Below are positions 28,759-37,807 of a stretch of DNA of 64,000 nt, piece by piece. The stretch is from positions 104-64,103 of the forward strand of contig JBGVDK010000129.1 in NCBI GenBank assembly GCA_045119355.1, in the 5' to 3' direction. The notes below the pieces were generated by a model. The model did no database searches, was not told the DNA's origin, and was given only the letters and a program-made list of their open reading frames with translations. A program made the position numbers and the translations under genes. This DNA comes from Faecousia sp. Its GTDB lineage: Bacteria > Bacillota > Clostridia > Oscillospirales > Oscillospiraceae. Position 1 is the stretch's first letter, and each line of letters starts with the position of its first letter.

Positions 28759-29667
28759 TTATGTTCCGATCTTTTCCAGTTTCTCAATAACCTCAGTAAA
28801 ATAATCCGGCAGCGGCGCGAACACCATCACAGGCCGTCCATCCCTGGGATGGCGGAAGCACAGCGCCCCCGCATGGAGGCACTGGCTCTCCTGGCCCAGC
28901 TCCTTCTTCTTGTGTCCGTACACCGTATCCCCCAGAATCGGATGCCCGATGTGTGCCATATGGACGCGAATCTGGTGGGTCCGGCCAGTTTCCAGCTTGC
29001 ACCGGATGTGGGTGTAGCCCCGGTAGCGCTTCACCACTTCCCAGTGGGTCACGGCGTTCTTGGAGTTCCGCTCGGTGACGCACATCTTCTTCCGGTCGGT
29101 GGGATGGCGGCCGATGGGGGCGTCCACAGTGCCGCTGTCCTCCCGGAAGGAGCCGCATACAATGGCGTCGTAGGTTCTCGCCATGGAGTGGTCCTTCAGC
29201 TGGGAAGCCAGCACCGTATGGGCGTAGTCGTTCTTCGCCACGGCCAGCAATCCGGAGGTATCCTTGTCGATCCGGTGGACGATGCCCGGGCGCAGTTCTC
29301 CGTTGATGCCGGAGAGGTTATCCCCCATGGCGTACATCAGGCCGTTGACCAGGGTGTCGTCCTGGTGCCCCGCCGCCGGATGGACCACCAGGCCCTTGGG
29401 CTTGTTGATCACCAGAACGTCGTCGTCTTCATATACAATTTCCAGCGCCATCTCGGTGGGCTGGATGTCCACGGCCACCGGCTCCGGGATGGTGACTTCG
29501 ATGGTGTCTCCGGGTTCCAGACGGTCGTTTTTCCTGGCGTTTTTCCCGTTGCGGAGCACATTCCCCTGCTCAATGAGTTTCTGGGCGCCGGAGCGGCTCA
29601 TATTGGGCGCAACCCGGGCGAGAAAGGCGTCCAGGCGCTCGCCGGGGGTATCAGCGGTAAAGATCAT
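28759..29667 (-). CDS. rluD: RluA/RluD-family pseudouridine synthase
   Basis: S4 domain, NKPKGLVVHP, HRIDKDTSG, TGRTHQIRVH, LHA. Confidence 0.93.
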   Translation of the reverse strand: MIFTADTPGERLDAFLARVAPNMSRSGAQKLIEQGNVLRNGKNARKNDRLEPGDTIEVTIPEPVAVDIQPTEMALEIVYEDDDVLVINKPKGLVVHPAAGHQDDTLVNGLMYAMGDNLSGINGELRPGIVHRIDKDTSGLLAVAKNDYAHTVLASQLKDHSMARTYDAIVCGSFREDSGTVDAPIGRHPTDRKKMCVTERNSKNAVTHWEVVKRYRGYTHIRCKLETGRTHQIRVHMAHIGHPILGDTVYGHKKKELGQESQCLHAGALCFRHPRDGRPVMVFAPLPDYFTEVIEKLEKIGT

Positions 29668-30143
29668 TTCTTTTTCTCGTCCTTCCAGAATTCCTTGTTG
29701 AAGAAAACCAGCGACACCACCAGGGCCACACAGCCGCAGGTGATGAAAGCGTCGGCCACATTGAACACGGCGAAGCGCATGAACTCCACCTCGATCATGT
29801 CCACCACATAACCCAGGCGAATCCGGTCAATCATATTGCCGAGACCTCCGGCGTAGATGGCGGCCACGCACCAGCGCTCGAAATTGGAAAAGGGCATGAC
29901 CTTCTTCACCGCGTCGTAAATGACGGCGATGGTGAACACCAGAAAAATCAGAGCGAACAGCCACTGCTGGCCCTCAAAGGAGGAGAAGGCCGCGCCGGTG
30001 TTCTGCACATAGGTCAGATGGAACAGCCCGTCGATCACCGGGACCGTGCCGCCCAGGGGAATATTGGCAACCACCAGGGCCTTTATCACCTGGTCCAGCA
30101 CCACCGCCAGGGCCACAAACAGGAGCATCAAAGCGTACATCAT
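29664..30143 (-). CDS. lspA: Signal peptidase II
   Basis: DQVIK, NTGAAFS, GNMIDR, VVD, FNVAD. Confidence 0.95.
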   Translation of the reverse strand: MMYALMLLFVALAVVLDQVIKALVVANIPLGGTVPVIDGLFHLTYVQNTGAAFSSFEGQQWLFALIFLVFTIAVIYDAVKKVMPFSNFERWCVAAIYAGGLGNMIDRIRLGYVVDMIEVEFMRFAVFNVADAFITCGCVALVVSLVFFNKEFWKDEKKK

Positions 30144-30297
30144 TGAAAAACCTCCGAAGGGATACATTATTTTTTATCATACCATGCCCGAAAACCAATG
30201 TCAATCGATGGAAAGGCCTCCCCGAAAGGGGAGGCCAAAGGATTTATCTGCGCTCCCCCGAAAGGGGGAGGGCCAGCATCATTGGTTCAGCCGCGTT

Positions 30298-30447
30298 TTA
30301 GCAGCAGCCGCAGCCGCTGTTTCGGTCGCAGTCGTTGCCGGAGTAGTTGTTGTTGCCGCAGAAGCCGTTGCCGCAGCCGCAGAACAGGATCAGCAGGATG
30401 ATGATCCACAGACAGCTGTTACCGCACATACCGTTGTTGTTATACAT
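30298..30447 (-). CDS. Small Cys/Gly/Asn-rich membrane peptide (49 aa), probably spore-associated
   Basis: GGAGG RBS, MYNNNGMCGNSCLWIIILLILFCGCGNGFCG...GCGCC*; too short for the ORF track. Confidence 0.8.
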   Translation of the reverse strand: MYNNNGMCGNSCLWIIILLILFCGCGNGFCGNNNYSGNDCDRNSGCGCC

Positions 30448-30550
30448 AATAATGACCTCCGAGTCAAAGAATGTTGGCGGATGAACCGCTCATTCCATGT
30501 TATTCCGGAGGAGAAATTTGGTGCGGACCGGGAGAGCTGAATTTTGTTTT

Positions 30551-30577
30551 GTAGGGACCGGCGTCCTCGACGGTCCG
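30551..30577 (+). repeat. Single GTAG REP family A
   Basis: GTAGGGACCGGCGTCCTCGACGGTCCG. Confidence 0.88.
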
Positions 30578-30651
30578 TCCGGCGCAAGCCGGAAAGAAAA
30601 TGTAGGGTCCCGTGTAACAAAAGAGCCGCCCGATGGGCGGCTCCTGAAACC

Positions 30652-32100
30652 TTAAGCACTGATCTTTTTGCTATTCTGAATGACCTTCTTATAGAACTCG
30701 ATGCCGTAGGTCAGCGCGCCCTGATAGATGTTCTCGTTCAGGCCGTGGACGCTGCCGTACTGCTGCTCGTCGATGTAGAGCGGCGCGAACCGGATGCAGT
30801 TGGGGCAGATCTCCTTGAAGAACTTGGCGTCGGTGCCGCCGGTCATCACGTAGGGGCTGACCTGGACGCCGGGATAAACCTCCGCCGCGACCTCCTCAAT
30901 CAGCCGGAACTGCCGGGACTCGAAATCCACCACGGGACAGGGAGCGTCCTGATAGAGCACCTCCGTCTGGATGTTGTACTTGTTGGCGATGGCGGCCACC
31001 GCGGCGAAGGACTCGGGCCCGGCCTGATGGTGGATCAGCCGCATATTGCCGGTGACATAGGCCTGCTGGGGGAGCACGTTCAAGCCGTCGCTGCCCTTGG
31101 CGGTGGTGAAGGCGATGGTGGTGTGCATCATGGCACCTACGGCGTGGCTGACGCTGGGGAGCACCTTGGTCAGCAGAGGCTTGAACAGCCACAGGTTCGC
31201 CATAATGAGCTTCATGGGGAAGATCATGTTGGGAGCGAGCCGCCGGAACATCTCCACCATGGTGGGGCTCAGCTCGTTGCGGAAGGGAGAATGGTCCTCC
31301 ACATCGGCCATGAACCGGCCTAAGCGCACAAGAGGGGTGTCCTTGGTGGGGGCGCTGGCATGGCCGCCGTTGGAGCGGGCGATGAATTTCACGTCGGCGT
31401 AGCCCTTCTCCACCACGCCCACCATGGCGTACAGGCCGTTGACACCGGCGATGGGAGCCTCCAGGATCATGCCGCCCTCGTCCAGCACCAGGCTGGGCTT
31501 CACGCCCTGCTTTTTCAGATACTCCACAATGGCAGGCGCGCCGGGACCGGAGACCTCCTCGGTGCAGGAGGAGGCGATGTACACGTCGCCCTCGGGCTCG
31601 TAGCCGGAGGCGATCAACTCCTCCAACGCGGAGAAGATGCAGAACAGGCTTCCCTTGGTGTCCACGGTGCCCCGGCCCCAGACCTTGCCGTTCTCGTCGA
31701 TGTCCCCGGAGAAGGGAGCGTGCTCCCACTTTCCTCCGGCCTCCACCACGTCCTGATGGCTCATGAGGACGATGGGATCGGCGTTGTGCTTGCCCGCCCA
31801 TTTGTAGAGCAGGCTGCCGTCGAAGTCGTGAATTTCGCAAGCCGCGTGGACGTGGGGGAACAGCTCCCGCAGGACCTGATGGAAGGCCTCAAACTTTTCA
31901 GGATGGGCTTCGTCCCGGCTGGAAATGGTCTCACAGCGAATCATTTCCGACAGCCGCGCGCCATACTCCGCGTCCTTGGGAGTGTTCTGGATGTGGATGG
32001 AAGCGGTGGCCGCGGCGGTAGGCTTGAGCATCGCGGCCCGGATGACGCACACGGCGATCAGCGCCAGCAGAAGCGCAAGAAGAATCAGCAGAATTGTCAT
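30652..32100 (-). CDS. M20 family metallopeptidase (carboxypeptidase S/PM20D1-like)
   Basis: SHQDVV, GRGTVDTKG, TEE, DEG, GGHAS, GGTD, HGLNE. Confidence 0.92.
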   Translation of the reverse strand: MTILLILLALLLALIAVCVIRAAMLKPTAAATASIHIQNTPKDAEYGARLSEMIRCETISSRDEAHPEKFEAFHQVLRELFPHVHAACEIHDFDGSLLYKWAGKHNADPIVLMSHQDVVEAGGKWEHAPFSGDIDENGKVWGRGTVDTKGSLFCIFSALEELIASGYEPEGDVYIASSCTEEVSGPGAPAIVEYLKKQGVKPSLVLDEGGMILEAPIAGVNGLYAMVGVVEKGYADVKFIARSNGGHASAPTKDTPLVRLGRFMADVEDHSPFRNELSPTMVEMFRRLAPNMIFPMKLIMANLWLFKPLLTKVLPSVSHAVGAMMHTTIAFTTAKGSDGLNVLPQQAYVTGNMRLIHHQAGPESFAAVAAIANKYNIQTEVLYQDAPCPVVDFESRQFRLIEEVAAEVYPGVQVSPYVMTGGTDAKFFKEICPNCIRFAPLYIDEQQYGSVHGLNENIYQGALTYGIEFYKKVIQNSKKISA

Positions 32101-32120
32101 GGAAATTACCTCCTACTCTT

Positions 32121-32393
32121 TTGAAATTGAAAATTGATAATTGACAATTGAAAATTATTGGAGTACTTATCGGCTTCAATCCGCTTGGCTCTCCCTTTGG
32201 GAGAGCTGGCACGGCCGTAGGCCGTGACTGAGAGGGGAAAACGCCCTCTCCGCCCCTCCGGGGCACCTCTCCCAGAGGGAGAGGCAAGAATGGCAACAGC
32301 TTTTTGTGTTTGCTATATCAAGCCGATCAGCATTCTTATTTTTAATAGAAAACAAATCCTAATTTTCAACTTTCCACTTTCAATTTTCAATTT
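32121..32393. repeat. Composite: heptamer arrays in inverted orientation enclosing CCTCTCCC element copy 2 (32184-32337)
   Basis: (AATTGAA)n at 32121-32156, inverted copy of 4810-4964, (TTTCAAT/TTTCCAC)n at 32361-32393. Confidence 0.85.
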
Positions 32394-33064
32394 AACAAGT
32401 CTTTCTTCCACAGCACATACCCCAGCACCAGGGCCAGCGCGCCCACGGGGATCATCATGGTGCTGGTCTGGTTGATCAGGCTGGGCATCATAATGCACAG
32501 CACGCTCATCAGCACCAGCGGCGGCGCGGACAGCCGGAGGGACTTGGCGAAATACTTCAGGCCCAGCGCGCCGAAGAGGGCGGGGACCACGTTGTTGAAG
32601 GCGGGCTGCAATGCTTCGCTCTGCAAGACGGGCTGCAGCGGCACGATCAGCAGCACGCCCACCAGGATCACCACCGTGGTGGTGATGGCGGAGGTGGCCA
32701 CCGCGATGGTGGAGATGATCTCATGCTCGGCGGTGCCGGGCTCGGTTTTCGCGATAGAGGCGGCGTTCATTGCGCAGGGGATGCGCATATTGGTGACGTT
32801 GCCGGTGATGAAGCTTAAGTAACTGCCGCCCACGCCCAGCATGGGGGTGTAGATGAGAAATTCCACGATGCTGGTGGGATAATAGATGATGGCGACCTTG
32901 ATGATGCCGTTGACGAAGCCGTTCCAGTCCGGGCTGAGATCGTTCATCATGCCGAAGGCAATAGGCACCAGCAGAAGCAGACCGATCATCAGCACCATGG
33001 TCACCCGTCCGAGGACGTGGAGGGAATTGTTGAATTCGTCGAAAAATTTCTGTTTCTCGTCCAT
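32387..33064 (-). CDS. Integral membrane protein (partner of the DUF5058-like gene)
   Basis: Several TM segments, GSYLSFITGNVTNMRIPCA. Confidence 0.85.
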   Translation of the reverse strand: MDEKQKFFDEFNNSLHVLGRVTMVLMIGLLLLVPIAFGMMNDLSPDWNGFVNGIIKVAIIYYPTSIVEFLIYTPMLGVGGSYLSFITGNVTNMRIPCAMNAASIAKTEPGTAEHEIISTIAVATSAITTTVVILVGVLLIVPLQPVLQSEALQPAFNNVVPALFGALGLKYFAKSLRLSAPPLVLMSVLCIMMPSLINQTSTMMIPVGALALVLGYVLWKKDLLN

Positions 33065-33075
33065 TGTGTGCCTCC

Positions 33076-33819
33076 TCAGAAGATCAGCCCGATGACCACA
33101 GCGGAGGCCATGGCAATGAGCATACTGGCGGCGAGAGAAAAGTTTTCCAGGGCGGATTTCCCCTTCTTCTGGATAAAATACTCGAAAACGCCCATGGACG
33201 CCCCGGCGATCAGCGCGACAATGAGGGGCATCCAGTCCTCATGAACGGCCTTGCCCACATAGCTGCCCACGAAGGTGGCGCACAGGCCCACGAACATGGC
33301 GGTGGTGGCGTGGGCGCCGAAGCCGGGCTTGGAGGAGCCGGAAGCCTCTTTCTTGGGCTTGGCCTTGAGTTTTTTCATGTAGCCCTTCAGGAAGAAAATA
33401 CAGCAGATGATGCCGCCCAAAATGCCCACGGTCATCACGAGAGCAATGGTGATGAAGGCCTGGGGTGTCAGCTCTTCCAGCCGCAGACCGGACAGCCCGG
33501 TGGACTGGGCCGCAATCTCGGCCACATTTAATTCATATTGAAGCGAGCCGATGACGCTCAGCCGCAGCCAGGAAAAGGGCACGCCCAAAGAGCCTGACAG
33601 GGCGATGACGCCGAGCAAGATACTGATACTGGGCAGCAGCGTAAAGGTGGCGCTGGACGTGATGGCCCGGCGGAGGACTTTTTTGTCCATGCCGATCTTC
33701 AGCCCGGCCCGGTAGCTCTTCACCAGGAAAATGGCGCACACGCATACCATCACCCCCAGGACGATGGCGACCAGGGCGTAAAGCTGAGCTGCGTTGACGC
33801 TGGAAAGATATTCACTCAC
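33076..33819 (-). CDS. DUF5058-like membrane protein
   Basis: LGVPFSWLRLSVIGSLQYE; GTG start after GGGAGGG. Confidence 0.8.
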   Translation of the reverse strand: MSEYLSSVNAAQLYALVAIVLGVMVCVCAIFLVKSYRAGLKIGMDKKVLRRAITSSATFTLLPSISILLGVIALSGSLGVPFSWLRLSVIGSLQYELNVAEIAAQSTGLSGLRLEELTPQAFITIALVMTVGILGGIICCIFFLKGYMKKLKAKPKKEASGSSKPGFGAHATTAMFVGLCATFVGSYVGKAVHEDWMPLIVALIAGASMGVFEYFIQKKGKSALENFSLAASMLIAMASAVVIGLIF

Positions 33820-33880
33820 AGGCGATCCCTCCCGAAAATAGATAGGACCATCATAGCACCATTTGCCGGGAATGTCAAAA

Positions 33881-34134
33881 AAAGTTGAAAGTGGAAAGTG
33901 TAAAGTGGAAAGTGATTGTGTTGCTGCGCAACAAATATAACGCACGACCCATCCAGTCTGTCATTCTGAGCGGAGCGTCAGCGAAGTCGAAGAATCTTCG
34001 CACTTATGGGATGTTTGCAGTCAAATCGGTGCGAAGATCCTTCGACTCCCTCCGAAAATCTACGATTTTCTTCGGTCTCTCAGGATGATATACCTTTTCA
34101 AGAATTTTCAATTTTCCACTTTCCACTTTCAATT
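33881..34134. repeat. Composite: (AAAGTGG)n ... TGTCATTCTGAGC element (33959-34090) ... (TTTCCAC)n
   Basis: Inverted heptamer arrays flank a CGTC-type palindrome. Confidence 0.85.
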
Positions 34135-34160
34135 ATTCCCAGATTTGCTCCCAATTCCAT

Positions 34161-34190
34161 GGACTATTCCGATTCCCGCTGGGGATATTA
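34161..34190 (+). promoter_or_regulatory. Possible sigmaF/G promoter of spoIVB
   Basis: GGGGATATTA fits the GGnnAnAnTA -10; the -35 match is weak. Confidence 0.35.
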
Positions 34191-34221
34191 GCTTTGCAGA
34201 GAAAAAGGAGGGCGACTTGCA

Positions 34222-35187
34222 ATGAAAAGAAAATTCTTCGCCGCCGGATGGGCGGCGGTTTTGGCGGTCATGTTCAGCGTCACCGCCTTTGCCCAGCGGA
34301 TGCTGATCCCTGTGGGCGAGGTGGTGGGCCTGTCCCTGGCGGAGGGCAGCGTCACCGTGGCCGCTTTTGACGACACCCTGGGGGCGGGTGCCCGGGAGGC
34401 TGGGCTTCAGATCGGGGACGAGATCGTATCGGTGGATGGGAAGACCATCGATTCGGCCTCGGACCTGCACCGGGCGCTGGAATCCTCAGATGGAACGGTG
34501 GAGCTGACCCTCAGCCGAAAGGGCACGGAGCATTCAGTGCGGCTCTCCCCTGCCGTCACTGCCGATGGGCCGAAGCTGGGGATCTATATCCGGGAGGGTG
34601 TTACGGGCATCGGCACCGTCACCTACTATGATCCTGAGAATCAGTGCTTCGGCGCCCTGGGCCACGGGGTCAGCGACAGCCGGGGGAAGCTGTGCCAGAT
34701 GCGCTATGGAAACGTGTACGAAGCCTCCGTCGCCGGGGTGAAGATGGGTAAGCCTGGCCAGCCCGGGCAGCTCAAGGGCGCGGTCTCCGGGGAAACGCCC
34801 ATGGGGAGCCTGTATGCCAACACCTCCTTCGGAGTTTTTGGCCAGGGAAAAAGCTGGACGGGGGAAGCTCTGCCGGTGGCGAGCGCTGAGGAAGTGAAGG
34901 CCGGGGCGGCCCAGATCCTGTCCAACATCTCCGGGGACGAGGTGGAGGTCTTCTCCGTGGAGATTCTGAAGGTGTACGGCGAGGAGACCACCAATGGCCG
35001 GGATCTGCTGATCCAGGTGACGGACCAGACGCTGCTGGAAACCACCGGGGGTATTGTAGCTGGAATGTCGGGGTCACCACTCGTTCAGGATGGAAAGCTA
35101 ATAGGTGCGGTCACGCATGTCCTGGTCCAGGACCCGACTACCGGGTATGGGATTCTGGCGGAGCATATGCTGGACGCGGCGGAATAA
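34222..35187 (+). CDS. spoIVB: SpoIVB peptidase (PDZ + S55)
   Basis: GIGTVTYYD, FGALGHG, TGGIVAGMSGSP, GAVTHV. Confidence 0.93.
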   Translation: MKRKFFAAGWAAVLAVMFSVTAFAQRMLIPVGEVVGLSLAEGSVTVAAFDDTLGAGAREAGLQIGDEIVSVDGKTIDSASDLHRALESSDGTVELTLSRKGTEHSVRLSPAVTADGPKLGIYIREGVTGIGTVTYYDPENQCFGALGHGVSDSRGKLCQMRYGNVYEASVAGVKMGKPGQPGQLKGAVSGETPMGSLYANTSFGVFGQGKSWTGEALPVASAEEVKAGAAQILSNISGDEVEVFSVEILKVYGEETTNGRDLLIQVTDQTLLETTGGIVAGMSGSPLVQDGKLIGAVTHVLVQDPTTGYGILAEHMLDAAE

Positions 35188-35257
35188 GCGGGCGGGCAAT
35201 GCCCGCCCCTGCGTCTATGATTGAGAGAAAATCTGTAGGGGCGACCATTGGTTGCCC
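35188..35257. repeat. Two family-B-like REPs
   Basis: GGGCGGGCAATGCCCGCCCCTGC (minus) and GTAGGGGCGACCATTGGTTGCCC at 35235-35257. Confidence 0.75.
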
Positions 35258-35302
35258 ACTTTTTTGCCCGGATGCAAAAAGCGCACACCAAAGGGTGTGC
35301 GC

Positions 35303-35515
35303 TTAAAAAATGTTATCATCGGGGAAATGTTCCATAATGTCCTCAACCCGGCAGTGGAGGATGTTGCAAAGCCGGTCGATGGTGTTGGTCTCCACGTTCA
35401 GATTTTTTCTCAGCCGGTCCAGTTGGGATCGGTTTACATTATGATGGGTGTATAAATCATATTGGCTCACGCCTCGGTCTTTCATGGTTTCCCATAGCCG
35501 ATCATATTTGATCAT
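35303..35515 (-). CDS. Small XRE/Cro-C1 HTH protein
   Basis: MIKYDRLW...TIDRLCNILHCRVEDIME. Confidence 0.88.
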   Translation of the reverse strand: MIKYDRLWETMKDRGVSQYDLYTHHNVNRSQLDRLRKNLNVETNTIDRLCNILHCRVEDIMEHFPDDNIF

Positions 35516-35545
35516 GGCAGATCCTTCTTTTTACAGGAAAATCCC

Positions 35546-35693
35546 GTAGGGGCTGGCGTCCTAGCGACTCGCTAAGAGCCGGGCTTCGCCCGGTTGCTCG
35601 CTTGCATGGCGCCTGCGGGCGCTCACGCCAGCCCGTCGGCAAACAGTGTTTGCCGCTGACGCGGCACGGACCGTCGAGGACGCCGGTCCCTAC
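35546..35693. repeat. GTAG REPIN family A variant with an expanded left arm
   Basis: GTAG GGGCTGGCGT..[about 60 bp]..ACGCCAGCCC, short spacer as at 3282, canonical right REP. Confidence 0.85.
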
Positions 35694-35695
35694 AG

Positions 35696-36499
35696 TTATC
35701 TTCCCAACTGCCAGAACGCCACAGCACTGGCTGCGGCCACGTTCAGGGAATCCACCCCGTGGCTCATGGGGATCTTCACGGTGTAGTCGCAGTCCGCGAT
35801 GGTCTTCGCCGCCAGGCCGTCCCCCTCGGTGCCGAGGACAATGGCGAGCTTTTTCTCCTTCGCCAGCGCCTCGTCGTCGATGGACACGGAATCGTCCGTC
35901 AGAGCCATGGCGGCGGTCTTGAAGCCCAGTGCTGTCAGCTCCTCCACCCAGTTTTCGCTGAGATAGGTCCAGGGAATCTGGAACACCGTGCCCATGCTCA
36001 CTCTCGCGGACCGGCGGTACAGCGGGTTGGAGCAGGCGGGGGTCAGCAGCACCGCGTCCATGTTCAGCGCCGCCGCGCTGCGGAAAATGGCGCCGATGTT
36101 GGTGGGGTTCATCACGTCCTCCAGCACCGCGATCCGGCGGGCGTTCTGCACCGCCTCGGCGACGGAGGGCAGCTCCCGGCGGCGCATGGCGCACAGCGAC
36201 CCCCGGGTCAGCTGATAGCCGGTGAGCTTCGTCAGCACGTCAAATTCCGCGGTGTACACCGGGATGTCCCCGCACCGGGCGATGACGTCGGCGGCCTCGC
36301 CATGAAGGTGCTTCCGCTCCACCAGGAAGGACACCGGCTCGTACTCGGCGTTCAGGGCCCGGTCGATGACCTTGGGGCTCTCGGCAATGAACAGGCCGTC
36401 CTTCAGGCGGTGACGGTTGAGTAGCTGGGCCTCGGTAAGCCGGGCGTAAACGTCCAGCTCCGGCGCGGAAAAATCGGTGATCTCAATGATGTTAGCCAT
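35696..36499 (-). CDS. TrmH/SpoU family RNA methyltransferase
   Basis: NPTNIGAIFRSA, LGTEGDGL, IPM..GVDSLNVA. Confidence 0.93.
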   Translation of the reverse strand: MANIIEITDFSAPELDVYARLTEAQLLNRHRLKDGLFIAESPKVIDRALNAEYEPVSFLVERKHLHGEAADVIARCGDIPVYTAEFDVLTKLTGYQLTRGSLCAMRRRELPSVAEAVQNARRIAVLEDVMNPTNIGAIFRSAAALNMDAVLLTPACSNPLYRRSARVSMGTVFQIPWTYLSENWVEELTALGFKTAAMALTDDSVSIDDEALAKEKKLAIVLGTEGDGLAAKTIADCDYTVKIPMSHGVDSLNVAAASAVAFWQLGR

Positions 36500-36653
36500 A
36501 GTGCGCTCCTTGTCGGCGTGTTTTTCTACATTATAATTGCAGAAGGGTCGGAAGTCAAAGGAAAGATGCGGGGCCGGTTTGCGGATTGTGCGGGAATGTG
36601 GTATTATATAAATAAGGAAGGTTTTGATTGGATGGCCCGTTGGAAAAACCACT

Positions 36654-36768
36654 GTAGGGACCGGCCTCCTGGACGGTCCGCTCCGCCGGAAGGCGGCATT
36701 GGTTGCGGTAACATTTGCCCATCGAAGTCAAAAGTTACCGACGGACCGTCGAGGACGCCGGTCCCTAC
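36654..36768. repeat. GTAG REPIN family A, 115-bp type
   Basis: Inverted REP pair; upstream flank AAAACCACT shared with the 46574 copy. Confidence 0.92.
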
Positions 36769-36821
36769 GGTGATTCTTCGACAGGTCGACAAATCAAAAA
36801 AACGGAACTGGAGGTTATGCG

Positions 36822-37682
36822 ATGAACTGTGACTTACACACCCACTCCATCTACTCCGACGGCACCGACACCCCGGAGGAGCTGATCGCACAGGCCGAGG
36901 CCCTGGGCCTATCCGCCGTCGCCCTCACCGACCACAATACCGTCGCCGGACTGCCCCGGTTCCTGGCTGCGGCGGAGGGGAAGCAAGTGAAGCCTGTACC
37001 GGGCATTGAGTTTTCCACCGGGTATGGGGCTGGGGAGCTGCACATCCTGGCCCTCTTCGTCCGGCGGGAACATTATGAAGCCATCCAGGCCCGGGTGGCC
37101 CTGCCGGATAGGTGGAAGCGGGATAGCAATCTGGCCCTGGCGGCGGCGCTGAATCAGGCGGGGTACGCCATTGACTATGCCGCCATCGAGGCCTCCACCC
37201 CCGGCGGCAAGGTGAACCGGGCCCATTTCGCGGCGGCCCTGGCGGAAAAGGGCTATGTGAGTTCCATCGACGAGGCCTTCCGGGATCTCCTGAAGCCCGG
37301 CGGGCGGTTCTATCAGCCTCCCAGGCGGCTGGACGCCATCGAGACCATCCGGTTCATCCGGGAGCTGGGGGCGGTGTCCGTGCTGGCCCATCCCTGGCTG
37401 AACCTGAAGACCCGGGAGGCGTTGGAGGGCTTCCTTCAGAAGGCGGTGCCCGCGGGTCTGGACGGCATGGAGGTCCGCTACTCCAAATTTGATGAGGCGC
37501 AGACGGAGCAGGCCGCTGTCCTCGGGGAACAATACGGCCTGCTCCCCTCCGGCGGCAGCGACTATCACGGCGGGAACAAGCCGGACATAGACCTTGGCTC
37601 CGGCCGGGGGGACCTGGCGGTCCCGGAAGGGTTCTATACCCGGCTGAAAGCCCTGGCGGAGGAGCGGCAAGGGGCAAAATAA
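36822..37682 (+). CDS. PHP-domain phosphoesterase (TrpH/YciV-like)
   Basis: DLHTHSIYSDG, TDH, HIL, RAH, LAHP, GGSDYHG. Confidence 0.93.
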   Translation: MNCDLHTHSIYSDGTDTPEELIAQAEALGLSAVALTDHNTVAGLPRFLAAAEGKQVKPVPGIEFSTGYGAGELHILALFVRREHYEAIQARVALPDRWKRDSNLALAAALNQAGYAIDYAAIEASTPGGKVNRAHFAAALAEKGYVSSIDEAFRDLLKPGGRFYQPPRRLDAIETIRFIRELGAVSVLAHPWLNLKTREALEGFLQKAVPAGLDGMEVRYSKFDEAQTEQAAVLGEQYGLLPSGGSDYHGGNKPDIDLGSGRGDLAVPEGFYTRLKALAEERQGAK

Positions 37683-37807
37683 GCGTCCAACCAGCGGTTG
37701 GAACCGGAAAAAATCCCGATTCAACCACCGCTCCATTGCATTTTTGAGGCTGATTTGCTAGGTTTGAATCAGCAGCTGCGAAAAAATTATTTCAGGAGGA
37801 ACACATC

